From: Lachnospiraceae bacterium
GTDB lineage: Bacteria; Bacillota; Clostridia; Lachnospirales; Lachnospiraceae
Assembly: GCA_022787145.1 (NCBI GenBank)
Contig: JALFVM010000050.1
Location: 1,161-65,160, forward strand
DNA length: 64,000 bases
Reading direction: 5' to 3'
Shown here: piece after piece, positions 55,997 to 64,000 of the stretch
Layout of the letters: every line of letters begins with the position of its first letter
Position numbering within the stretch: the stretch's first letter is position 1
Notes under the pieces: generated by a model
Database searches by the model: none
Seen by the model: only the letters and a program-made list of their open reading frames with translations
What the model was told of the DNA's origin: nothing
Program-made: the position numbers and the translations under genes

Positions 55997-56632
55997 ATGT
56001 CTTATAAAAGTGAAGCTTACGCAAAAACTGCGGAAACTGTAATGAAAAAATTCGAGAAGCGTGGCATGACTGCTTTCTACTGTCCTACCACAGAAGAAGC
56101 AAAAGAAAAAATCTTAAGCCTGATGGAGAAAGGTGCTTCCATCACATGGGGCGGCACTGAGAGTATGAAGGAAGCCGGTGTCATGGATGCGATTCGCAAC
56201 GGCGACTATGAACTGATTGACCGTTCCACGGCAAAAACTCCAGAAGAACAGCGCGCTCTTTACGGAAAAATGGTATGTGCAGACTATTTTCTGACCAGCA
56301 CAAACGCCTTTACCAAAGACGGCGAGCTTGTCAACATTGACGGTGCTGCCAACCGTGTGGCATGTATTGCTCACGGACCTGCGCATGTCATCGTTCTCGC
56401 CAGCATGAATAAAATGTGCGCCGATGTGGACGCTGCCGTAAAACGCATCCACACAGAAGCATGTCCTCCAAATGCCATTCGCGTCGGTGTGGAAACTCCA
56501 TGTTCCACCACAGGCGTATGTGCAGATTGTCTCTCTCCAGGATGCATCTGCGCACAGATTCTCGTGACACGCAAATCCAGAATCCCGGGACGTATCATCG
56601 TTGTTCTCACAGAGGAACCACTTGGATTCTAA
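55997..56632 (+). CDS. LUD-domain (LutC/YkgG-like) protein
   Basis: 211 aa with a DUF162/LUD-type pattern and a C-terminal Cys cluster (CSTTGVCADCLSPGCIC). GGAGGA RBS. Confidence 0.6.
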   Translation: MSYKSEAYAKTAETVMKKFEKRGMTAFYCPTTEEAKEKILSLMEKGASITWGGTESMKEAGVMDAIRNGDYELIDRSTAKTPEEQRALYGKMVCADYFLTSTNAFTKDGELVNIDGAANRVACIAHGPAHVIVLASMNKMCADVDAAVKRIHTEACPPNAIRVGVETPCSTTGVCADCLSPGCICAQILVTRKSRIPGRIIVVLTEEPLGF

Positions 56633-56724
56633 GTTGATTTGTAACTGTTCAGTACCTTCACAGATACGTTGATTTTTAAAATTACTCGAGATAGCAACTT
56701 GTTAGAACACTCATGTTCTGACAA

Positions 56725-56765
56725 AAAATTGTCGCCCGACCAGATGTATGGCCGGGCGAACTTTC
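56725..56765. terminator. Bidirectional terminator between the convergent LUD-domain and permease genes
   Basis: Stem TCGCCCGACC (56732-56741) / GGCCGGGCGA (56750-56759), flanked by an A-run upstream and a T-rich run downstream. Confidence 0.7.
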
Positions 56766-56776
56766 TTTGTATCGTT

Positions 56777-58030
56777 TTACTCTCTTCTCAATGCATCAAT
56801 CGGATTCAGATTTGCCGCCTTAACAGATGGCAAAAGTCCAAACACAATTCCAATCACCATAGAAAATACCACTGAGATTACAATTGCCGGAACGCTAATT
56901 GCTACCGGAATCGATGCAACTTTTGAAATAATCTTGGATAAAATCAACCCCACAATAACTCCGATCACACCACCAAGACTCGTCAAAACAGCTGCTTCTG
57001 TCAGAAACTGGAACAAAATCCTGTTTTTTCTGGCACCGATTGCTTTTTTCAGACCAATTTCACTGGTTCGCTCCGTAACAGACACGAGCATAATGTTCAT
57101 AACACCAATACCGCCTACCAAAAGCGCGATGCTGGCAATCCAGATCAACTGCCGGTTTGTGCTTTCACTGAGTTCCTGCTGCTGCTGCGCACGCTCCAGA
57201 AGATCGACTGCCTTATATTTCAATTTACTGTTGCTGTCTGTGATGGCTGCATTTAAGGTTTCCGCCGTTTTCTGCCCCACTTTACTCATCGCATCTGTAT
57301 TCTTTGCACGGACAACCGCATTTTCCGGTTCATCATATTTGTATATGATCGGCCAGCTGCTGTTCGGAATTAAGACTGTACCGGACATGTCCTGATTGTA
57401 GGTATAATAATCTTCAATAGAATTGATGGTAGGTTCATAGGTAGAGGAATTTGTATAAACCCCTACTACGGTAAAAGGCTCCCCTTTGATTTCAATCGTT
57501 TTGCCCAGAGGATTTTCCTCCCCGAACATACTGTTTACCGCATTGTTATCCAAAAGTACTACTTTACGGTATTCACTGAAATCTTTGTCCACAAACCCTC
57601 TTCCATTTTGAATGATATAACCGCAGGTATTCAGATACTCACTATCCACACCGTAAATCTTGCCTCCCTGCAGACTCGAATCATCATAATAAATTCCATC
57701 CGCATACGTTCTGCTGTAGAAAAAAGAAGCGTTTTCGACATTATCCAGATTCTTTACTTTCTCCTTAATCTCATCGGTAAGAATCGGGGTTTTCTTGCTG
57801 GTGTCGCCCCAGGCAACGTCATAGACAGAATCTCCGTCATTTAAATTTACGGTGACTGCGTTATTTCCGGCACCGATCAGATTCTGCTTGAGCATCTCAC
57901 TCGTTCCCCGAATGGTCGACACAATTGAGATAATCGAAGCAATTCCAATAATAATACCAAGCATAGTCAGGAAAGAGCGCATCTTATGGGACCAGATTCC
58001 CTGAAAAGCAAGTCTGATATTTTCAAACAT
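56777..58030 (-). CDS. MacB/FtsX-type ABC transporter permease
   Basis: 417 aa with the same architecture as 41348-42592. AGGAGGGAG RBS. Confidence 0.85.
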   Translation of the reverse strand: MFENIRLAFQGIWSHKMRSFLTMLGIIIGIASIISIVSTIRGTSEMLKQNLIGAGNNAVTVNLNDGDSVYDVAWGDTSKKTPILTDEIKEKVKNLDNVENASFFYSRTYADGIYYDDSSLQGGKIYGVDSEYLNTCGYIIQNGRGFVDKDFSEYRKVVLLDNNAVNSMFGEENPLGKTIEIKGEPFTVVGVYTNSSTYEPTINSIEDYYTYNQDMSGTVLIPNSSWPIIYKYDEPENAVVRAKNTDAMSKVGQKTAETLNAAITDSNSKLKYKAVDLLERAQQQQELSESTNRQLIWIASIALLVGGIGVMNIMLVSVTERTSEIGLKKAIGARKNRILFQFLTEAAVLTSLGGVIGVIVGLILSKIISKVASIPVAISVPAIVISVVFSMVIGIVFGLLPSVKAANLNPIDALRRE

Positions 58031-58044
58031 AATGTTTCTCCCTC

Positions 58045-59961
58045 CTAATAATATCCGTATACTTCATCCAAAGTTCCTTCTTTTACCGGTGCACCTTCTT
58101 TTACGCCTTTTCCGTATGGAAATGCAATTTTATCCTCCATGGTCAATCCGGAAGTAATCGTCACCGTATAACCGTCAAAACTTTTCGTTGCTGTAACGAT
58201 CTGCTTTTTCAGCTTGCCGTCTTCTTCCTTAAACACATAATAAACACCATCTTCGTATCGCACAAACGCTGCATCCACATACAATTTATCACCTGCCAGA
58301 GCCTCACTGTCAATCCAAAGTCCCACGGATTCCCCATTGTTCGGTTCCTCATCTCCTAATACCACTGCCATAAAAGGATAATAAGATACATTCGGATTTC
58401 CCATGCCACTGTAATACTGACTGGCATCATCTGCCGGAAACTGAGAAATTTCTCTGATCTCTGCCTGAAAATTCAGTCCTGTCTCATAAGAATTTACATT
58501 CAGCGACTGTCCGACACTGAGGCGATCCAAAAGCAGCTCGCTGACAGCGCCTTTTACATAAAGTCCATCATCACTGTCTACAACGATAAAAGCGTCTCCA
58601 TCCGATTCCCCTGTCACAGGATCTCCAACCGTCGTCACCTGACCGTCAACTGTAGCAAGCACTGTCTGATTTTCAATTTTCTTTTCCAGTTTGGAAATCT
58701 GAAGCGCATTCGTCTTAATCTGAATTTCCAAGGAAGCAATCGTCTGTTTTTTCGATTTGATGGCCTCCTCTCTTGTAAATCCGATTTCTCCTTCCTCGCC
58801 TTCCTCATACCAGTCTTCGTCTCCGTCATCCCAGTTTTCGTCCGGTTCCTGTGTCGGTGTTGGCGTCGGTGTCAGCACTGTCGTATCATCGGATGGCAGC
58901 ATTGCCTTCTCCACAGAAAAGAACTTCTGCTCCTGCGCATCCACAGCTTCTGAACCGCCTTTTTTCACATAATAGCCAATCAAAGAAGCCTCCGGATTGC
59001 TGTAATCCACAATCTGATTGTCTTCATGAAACTCAATGCGATACCAAAACGGAGCTTTCTCCTCAATTTTTTCTGTTCCCTGTTCATCGTAACCGGCCAT
59101 TTTATTCAAAAAAGAACCTTTGACAATGATGTATTCTTCTTCGGCATCGCATAGGAAACGATAAGGATCCTCCGCGGTTCCTGTTCCCTGATAAGGAACA
59201 GAATCAAAATCAAGCACCTGATAAACTTCTGCCTGTGGCTGCGGCGTCTCTGTCGGTTCCGGTGTTTCTGTCTCTTCTGGCGTCTGCGTCTCTTCCGGTG
59301 TTTCTGTCTCTTCCGGTGCCTCTGTCTCCTCCGGTGTCTCTGTCACTTCCGGTGTTTCTGTCTCTTCTGGCGTCTGCGTCTCTTTTGCTGTCTCCTCTGT
59401 TTCCTGTGTTTTCACAGCTGCGATCGGACGAAAAGCTGCTACCGCCATGACTTTCGATTCCCCAGGCATATCCGACCTCGCCACATCGTCCTCTCCCAAA
59501 TCGTCACCGGTGTCTGTATCTCCAAAGGAAGCATTCTCCATATCCGTATCCTTTAATTCTGCTCCGTTTTCAAGTTCCTGAAGTCTGTCCTTTGCTTTTT
59601 TCAGATCCTGCTCATTTTTTTCCTTTGTCAGTTTTTCAATATTCAGCTCCATTTCTGTCAGCGTTGTATCATAAGACAGCAGCTTATCACCGGCTTTTAC
59701 CCGGTCGCCTTTCTTTACATACACTTCATCAATCACGGAATCATTTTCCAGATTTACCTCCTGCGTCACATGCGTTGTGATTTCTCCGCTCAGTTCCTCC
59801 TGGCTCTCATCATAAAAATAACTCTGCGCCAGACTTTCCATCGGAATCACCGGAATGATTTTGGCATTGACACGCTTGACCGCATAAAAGCCTACGCCCC
59901 CGCCTACAGCAAGAACTGCCGCTGCGACTATGGCAAACAGTAGTTTCTTCTTTCTATTCAT
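58045..59961 (-). CDS. HlyD/MFP-like adaptor with about 250-aa insertion (acidic ETPEET repeats plus a globular insert)
   Basis: TM anchor, lipoyl-like VYVKKGDRVKAGDKLLSYD, split coiled coil, beta-barrel C-terminus. The ATG at 59961 overlaps the ATPase stop by 8 nt. Confidence 0.65.
   Translation of the reverse strand: MNRKKKLLFAIVAAAVLAVGGGVGFYAVKRVNAKIIPVIPMESLAQSYFYDESQEELSGEITTHVTQEVNLENDSVIDEVYVKKGDRVKAGDKLLSYDTTLTEMELNIEKLTKEKNEQDLKKAKDRLQELENGAELKDTDMENASFGDTDTGDDLGEDDVARSDMPGESKVMAVAAFRPIAAVKTQETEETAKETQTPEETETPEVTETPEETEAPEETETPEETQTPEETETPEPTETPQPQAEVYQVLDFDSVPYQGTGTAEDPYRFLCDAEEEYIIVKGSFLNKMAGYDEQGTEKIEEKAPFWYRIEFHEDNQIVDYSNPEASLIGYYVKKGGSEAVDAQEQKFFSVEKAMLPSDDTTVLTPTPTPTQEPDENWDDGDEDWYEEGEEGEIGFTREEAIKSKKQTIASLEIQIKTNALQISKLEKKIENQTVLATVDGQVTTVGDPVTGESDGDAFIVVDSDDGLYVKGAVSELLLDRLSVGQSLNVNSYETGLNFQAEIREISQFPADDASQYYSGMGNPNVSYYPFMAVVLGDEEPNNGESVGLWIDSEALAGDKLYVDAAFVRYEDGVYYVFKEEDGKLKKQIVTATKSFDGYTVTITSGLTMEDKIAFPYGKGVKEGAPVKEGTLDEVYGYY
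59245..59390. repeat. In-frame tandem repeats encoding (E/Q)TPEETETPE units
   Basis: Reiterated TCTCTTCCGGTGTTTCTGTC-like units inside the adaptor gene. Confidence 0.7.
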
Positions 59962-60640
59962 TCGCAGGCACCTCTTTCTCTCTGAGCACGCCATCCCGGA
60001 TCAAAACGATTCGTTTGGCGTGTTCGGCAATTTCCGAATCATGTGTGATCATCAATACCGTCACACCCTCCTCATTCAGCTTTTGAAACAATTCCATAAC
60101 CTGCTGCCCCGATTTGCTGTCAAGAGCACCCGTTGGTTCGTCCGCAAGCAAAAGCTTTGGGCTGTTTACAATTGCACGGGCAATCGCAACTCTCTGCATC
60201 TGACCTCCCGACAGCTGATTTGGAAGAAAATCCACTCGCTCCGCCAGACCCACTCGTTCCAGTGCAGCAAATGCAATTTCTCTTCGTTTTTTCTTCGGTA
60301 CACCGGCATAATTCAAAGGCATCATTACATTTTCAATCGCACTTTGTTTTGCCAGAAGATGAAAACTCTGAAACACAAAGCCAAGCTTATGCAGGCGCAT
60401 ATCGGACATCTCATTTTCCGAACATTTACTCACATCCATCCCATCCAGCAGAAAACTTCCCGAAGTAGGCTTATCCAGACAGCCAATCAGATTCATCAGT
60501 GTCGTCTTTCCAGAGCCGGACGGTCCCATGATGGCCACATACTCTCCCTCTTCCATGGAAAAATTCACATCTTTGAGTACAGGAACATCCATTTTTCCCT
60601 GCTGATAATTTTTATAAATATGCTTCATCTCCAGAATCAT
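59954..60640 (-). CDS. ABC transporter ATP-binding protein (MacB/LolD type)
   Basis: Walker A GPSGSGKTT, signature LSGGQMQR, Walker B LLADEPTGALD. ATGA overlap with the upstream adaptor gene. Confidence 0.9.
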   Translation of the reverse strand: MILEMKHIYKNYQQGKMDVPVLKDVNFSMEEGEYVAIMGPSGSGKTTLMNLIGCLDKPTSGSFLLDGMDVSKCSENEMSDMRLHKLGFVFQSFHLLAKQSAIENVMMPLNYAGVPKKKRREIAFAALERVGLAERVDFLPNQLSGGQMQRVAIARAIVNSPKLLLADEPTGALDSKSGQQVMELFQKLNEEGVTVLMITHDSEIAEHAKRIVLIRDGVLREKEVPANE

Positions 60641-62022
60641 CAGGGTTCCACCTCCTCATCCACACTTATGCCGCTGTCAAATTCTCCCTGAAAATCGCTG
60701 TCCAGATCGCTGTCAAAGCTGCTGTCCATACTACTCATACTACTATCCAGATCACTATCCATACTGCTGTCCAGATCGCTGTCCGAAATCTGATTGTTCA
60801 AAATCTGGCCAGTGGAGTTAATGGCAGTATCCATACCTTCCTCCAGTGTGTCATCCGGAAATGCAATACAATCCTCTTTTGTCAGACCTTCTGTGATTTC
60901 ATATTTTCCAAGACTTTCATCATATTCTCCGAGTGTCACGCTTTTCTTCTCCAGCTTATCCTTTGCGGAGGAAGCCCACACATACGGCGCCTCTGTGTCC
61001 ACATCTACAAGATAGAATTCGTCCAGCCAGATGCCGTCTTTTACTTCATCCTGACCATGATCCGGTTCAATATATACATGCTGCCCAAGAATCAGTCCCT
61101 CTGCCGAATCCAGTTCCACATAAAACGGATAGTTCGAAGAAGACGTCTGTGTATCGGATGATTCGCCGCTGCTGTACATGCTGTCCATACTGCTACTGGA
61201 AGAATCTGGTTCTTTTGTATCCACTCCGGTCATCACGCCGGTCCAGGTGATATCCCTGTCCACTCTGGAACGAATTAAAACAGGCTCCCCTTCCACAATC
61301 GAATTCATATTTGTCTCATTGATCATACCTTTGACTCGATAAGTCCCCGTTGCCACAATCGTGATAAATGCAGTTTCTGAACCGGAACCGCTGCTCTCGG
61401 AAGAATCCATATCGGAATCACTGCTGTTGATCATCGATTCGTTAATTTTCTTAATCACACCGGAAAGTTCACTTTTTACTTCCAGATCTCCGGAACTACT
61501 TTTTAACTTCTCTATCTGCTTTTCTTTTGTTTTCTGATCATATTCATTTTTCTTTAAATTCATCTGTGCAGTCTGAATCTCTATGGTATAGGAAAGCTGA
61601 TCTTCTTCCTTTGCCTCTTTTTTCTCATTTGTAAGAGTGTCAACCTGATTCTGCAGACTGCTTGCTTCATTTTTCAATCGTTCCAGATCAAGCTCTGCCT
61701 GTGCAAGATCGTCCTGTAAAGCACTCTCATCGTACTCAAACAATACATCTCCTTCTTTGACCTGATCTCCTTCTTTGACATTGACTGTCTTAATCTTACG
61801 GCTGCTGTCTACCTTTACTTTCACTGTTTTCTGAGGTTCTACCACGCCCGCATAGCGGTTCTGTGTGCCCGAAACATCGCCCATAAGCGTTGCAACCGTC
61901 GTTACATATACTTTATTCTGTTCTGATGAAGAACCTTTATGATTCCATAAATACCAGGAAACCCCTCCTGCCACAGCAACTGCCGCAACTGTTCCCCCCA
62001 CAATTGCAATTCGTTTCTTCAT
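60640..62022 (-). CDS. HlyD/MFP-family adaptor with Ser/Asp-rich inserts and C-terminal tail
   Basis: TM anchor, lipoyl-like VNVKEGDQVKEGDVLFEYD, coiled coil, beta-barrel. The tail reads DSDLDSSMDSDLDSSMSSMDSSFDSDLDSDF. The ATG at 62022 (MKKRIAIV) has GGAGGA upstream. Confidence 0.75.
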   Translation of the reverse strand: MKKRIAIVGGTVAAVAVAGGVSWYLWNHKGSSSEQNKVYVTTVATLMGDVSGTQNRYAGVVEPQKTVKVKVDSSRKIKTVNVKEGDQVKEGDVLFEYDESALQDDLAQAELDLERLKNEASSLQNQVDTLTNEKKEAKEEDQLSYTIEIQTAQMNLKKNEYDQKTKEKQIEKLKSSSGDLEVKSELSGVIKKINESMINSSDSDMDSSESSGSGSETAFITIVATGTYRVKGMINETNMNSIVEGEPVLIRSRVDRDITWTGVMTGVDTKEPDSSSSSMDSMYSSGESSDTQTSSSNYPFYVELDSAEGLILGQHVYIEPDHGQDEVKDGIWLDEFYLVDVDTEAPYVWASSAKDKLEKKSVTLGEYDESLGKYEITEGLTKEDCIAFPDDTLEEGMDTAINSTGQILNNQISDSDLDSSMDSDLDSSMSSMDSSFDSDLDSDFQGEFDSGISVDEEVEP

Positions 62023-62284
62023 AATATCCTCCAATCTTAAGCCGCAAATGTTCTCACATATAGCTGCAAAACACAGCATATATTTTTATATTATAGCAGA
62101 TTTGCAATGAAAGTAAAGCTTTCCCGATGGTTGCTAATTTATATCTTTTTCCTCTGTTTTCCACACTCAGCCTTGCATTCGGTTGACATTTTCTTCTCAT
62201 CTGTTAAACTGATACTAGGCATAGAACAGTTCATCTTGACTGTATTTTTTTATTGAACTGTTTTATAGAAAGGATGACATTGAT

Positions 62285-63529
62285 ATGAAAAAAGCACGAT
62301 TACTTCTTCTTTTTCTCCTCTTGTTCTGTTTCTGTCTGACCGGATGCAAAAATGAGGAAAAAGACGCTGTGGAGTCCGTGATCACCCAGGATCTGGATAA
62401 ACTGAAAAATCTGGATGCAGATACGGCGCGCGAATACATTTCCGCCGAAAATCTGTTTCCAGACAGTACAAACAGCACTTCCGATCAGGATTCTGTTGAG
62501 AATTTTATTTCGAAATATTTCCAGAATTTTGATTATAAAATACTGGACATCAAAATCGACAAAGATTCTGCTTCTGCCACACTTCGCCTGAAGACTCTGG
62601 ATGCACAGAGTCTGGCCAAAGATTATACCGGTGCACAGCTTCAGAATCAAATTCTAAACGCCGCCTCTTTGGGGCAGAGTTCTTCCAGCGCAACCCTGGA
62701 AGATCATTATCAGCTTCTGTGCCAGCTTATGGACACAAACCGCTACGAAACAGTCGAAAACAGCTGCACAATCAAACTGCACAAGATGCTCGACACGTGG
62801 GTTATACAGAAAACAGCTGCCTTAGAAGACGACATCATCGGAAATTTTATCAGTTATATTTCCAACTCCAATCTCCTGACACCAGAAGAAACACTGGATA
62901 TTTATCTGACAACCATCCGTTCCATGAATGAAGAACAGCTGATCCGTTATCTGAACCTTGAGCAGTACATGAACAACCTTGATCCGGAAATCACCAATTT
63001 TACTTCTGCCATCCTCAATCACGTAATGTCCGATTTCACTTACAGCATCAAAGAAACCATTCAGGAGGGCTATAATGCCACCGTTGATGTCGATGTGACT
63101 ACTTTTGATGTTAATGCCGTACTCAAAGATTACAACACGCTCTATCAGAAATATCTGGAAACACCACAATCTCTTTATGCGGGAATGGACGGTCGCCTTC
63201 AGGAAGCATGGAATCTTATGCAGGAATGTCTGGAAAAAAGCGATACAACCACCACACTGCATGTACCCATACAGATGGTAAATGATGGAAACTCCTGGAC
63301 CATACAAAGCCCGGAACAGATCGGAAATTCCATTTTTGGCAGTCTGACGGAAAGCCTTTCTTCCAGTCTTTCCGCTTCCGTTACGCCTCAGATTTCTGCA
63401 GCGGAATCCGCCATTTCCAATATACTCGATTCTGATTCTGACTCGAGTTACGATTCTGATTACGATTCTTCCTATGATTCCGATTATGACTCTGATTACG
63501 ACTCCGGCTATGATTCGGACTACAACTGA
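62285..63529 (+). CDS. Lipoprotein of unknown function with Asp/Ser/Tyr-rich C-terminal tail
   Basis: Signal peptide with lipobox LTGC. 414 aa. The tail reads DSDSDSSYDSDYDSSYDSDYDSDYDSGYDSDYN. Confidence 0.7.
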   Translation: MKKARLLLLFLLLFCFCLTGCKNEEKDAVESVITQDLDKLKNLDADTAREYISAENLFPDSTNSTSDQDSVENFISKYFQNFDYKILDIKIDKDSASATLRLKTLDAQSLAKDYTGAQLQNQILNAASLGQSSSSATLEDHYQLLCQLMDTNRYETVENSCTIKLHKMLDTWVIQKTAALEDDIIGNFISYISNSNLLTPEETLDIYLTTIRSMNEEQLIRYLNLEQYMNNLDPEITNFTSAILNHVMSDFTYSIKETIQEGYNATVDVDVTTFDVNAVLKDYNTLYQKYLETPQSLYAGMDGRLQEAWNLMQECLEKSDTTTTLHVPIQMVNDGNSWTIQSPEQIGNSIFGSLTESLSSSLSASVTPQISAAESAISNILDSDSDSSYDSDYDSSYDSDYDSDYDSGYDSDYN

Positions 63530-63602
63530 TGGATTGAATATTTTTTATAAAAAAATGGCTTTCATCCCTACAGCAAGCTATGGGATTTTCACCATGATAA
63601 CG

Positions 63603-63650
63603 TAAAAAAGGAAGTGCATGATACGATTTGTATCAGACACTTCCTTTTTC
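63603..63650. terminator. Bidirectional terminator between the lipoprotein and symporter genes
   Basis: Stem AAAAAGGAAGTG (63605-63616) / CACTTCCTTTTT (63638-63649) with an inner TGATAC/GTATCA helix. Confidence 0.75.
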
Positions 63651-63651
63651 G

Positions 63652-63667
63652 TTACTGTAAACAGTAA
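63652..63667. promoter_or_regulatory. 16-bp palindrome TTACTGTAAACAGTAA (copy 2)
   Basis: Identical to 25173-25188. Lies directly after the terminator hairpin and is followed by GCCTTTTT. Confidence 0.3.
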
Positions 63668-63701
63668 GCCTTTTTCTATGCACTTGTTATCTTAACAAAG
63701 T

Positions 63702-64000
63702 CTATGCCGCATCGTTATTGAAAACATCTTTGTCGATCATTTTGTCCTGACACGCAACGATTGTCGTACATACCGCATCTCCTGTGATGTTGACAGCCGT
63801 TCTTGTCATATCCAGAATACGGTCGATACCCATGATGATACCGATTGCCTCTACCGGAAGTCCTACGGAAGCAAATACCATCGATAAAGTCACAAGACCA
63901 ACACCAGGAACACCGGCTGTTCCGATTGATGCCAGAGTTGCAGTTGCAATTACCGTCGCATAATCACCTGCTGACAGCTGAATGCCAAATGCCTGTGCTG
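63702..64000 (-). CDS. Dicarboxylate/amino acid:cation symporter (DAACS/GltP family), 3' part only
   Basis: The C-terminal sequence GIDRILDMTRTAVNITGDAV is typical of the family. The reading frame stays open to the window edge. Confidence 0.8.
   Translation of the reverse strand, partial: AQAFGIQLSAGDYATVIATATLASIGTAGVPGVGLVTLSMVFASVGLPVEAIGIIMGIDRILDMTRTAVNITGDAVCTTIVACQDKMIDKDVFNNDAA

Noticed and set aside
63681-63695. TTGTTATCTTAACAA as a second Rex box
   Set aside because: The half-sites are right but are separated by 3 nt instead of 6 (15-mer versus the 18-mer consensus). It also lies just 3' of the symporter stop codon rather than in a promoter.

Overview
This is a 64-kb chromosomal window from what looks like a strictly anaerobic Firmicute. 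Gene content is Clostridia/Lachnospiraceae-like (Flx-Hdr, GGGtGRT, TraX, two-subunit Fe-S fumarase); the taxon is an inference. Coding density is high, and about 50 of 54 genes lie on the minus strand. Order by increasing coordinate (left to right):
- ilvN-ilvC / leuCD, a Tyr-phosphatase and a cytidylate-kinase-like gene
- a complete livJHMGF branched-chain amino-acid ABC importer
- a 12-gene redox operon (Ldh/Mdh-like, hdrBCA, mvhD/flxD, flxCBA, soluble FrdBA-like pair, two-subunit fumarase)
- a 1.1-kb ORF-free gap
- glgA, a GGGtGRT/NifU-like pair, traX, a hexapeptide transferase, topB, a formate/nitrite channel
- asd, argH, an FN3 protein, queH, glgX, an orphan fabH, a secreted NlpC/P60 hydrolase
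- a MacB-type ABC exporter, gltBD, a CPBP protease, a HAD phosphatase, argS, degV, a LUD-domain protein
- a second MacB-type exporter with two adaptor proteins, a lipoprotein, and the 3' end of a dicarboxylate/amino-acid symporter

No rRNA, tRNA, CRISPR array, transposase, integrase or phage gene was recognised.

The two observations most worth follow-up:
1. The ORF-free gap (22.35-23.08 kb) holds two diverged inverted copies of a roughly 300-nt element. Their long stems differ in sequence but stay complementary, and the loop and junction sequences are conserved, so this is a candidate structured ncRNA or ssDNA element that I cannot assign to a known family.
2. The Rex-box-preceded operon physically joins an Flx-Hdr module to a membrane-anchor-less fumarate-reductase-like flavoprotein/Fe-S pair, a fumarase, and an LDH-fold enzyme carrying the malate-dehydrogenase specificity arginine. 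This suggests a soluble, possibly electron-bifurcating, oxaloacetate-to-succinate branch.

All functional calls rest on motif and family recognition by eye. No database search was run.
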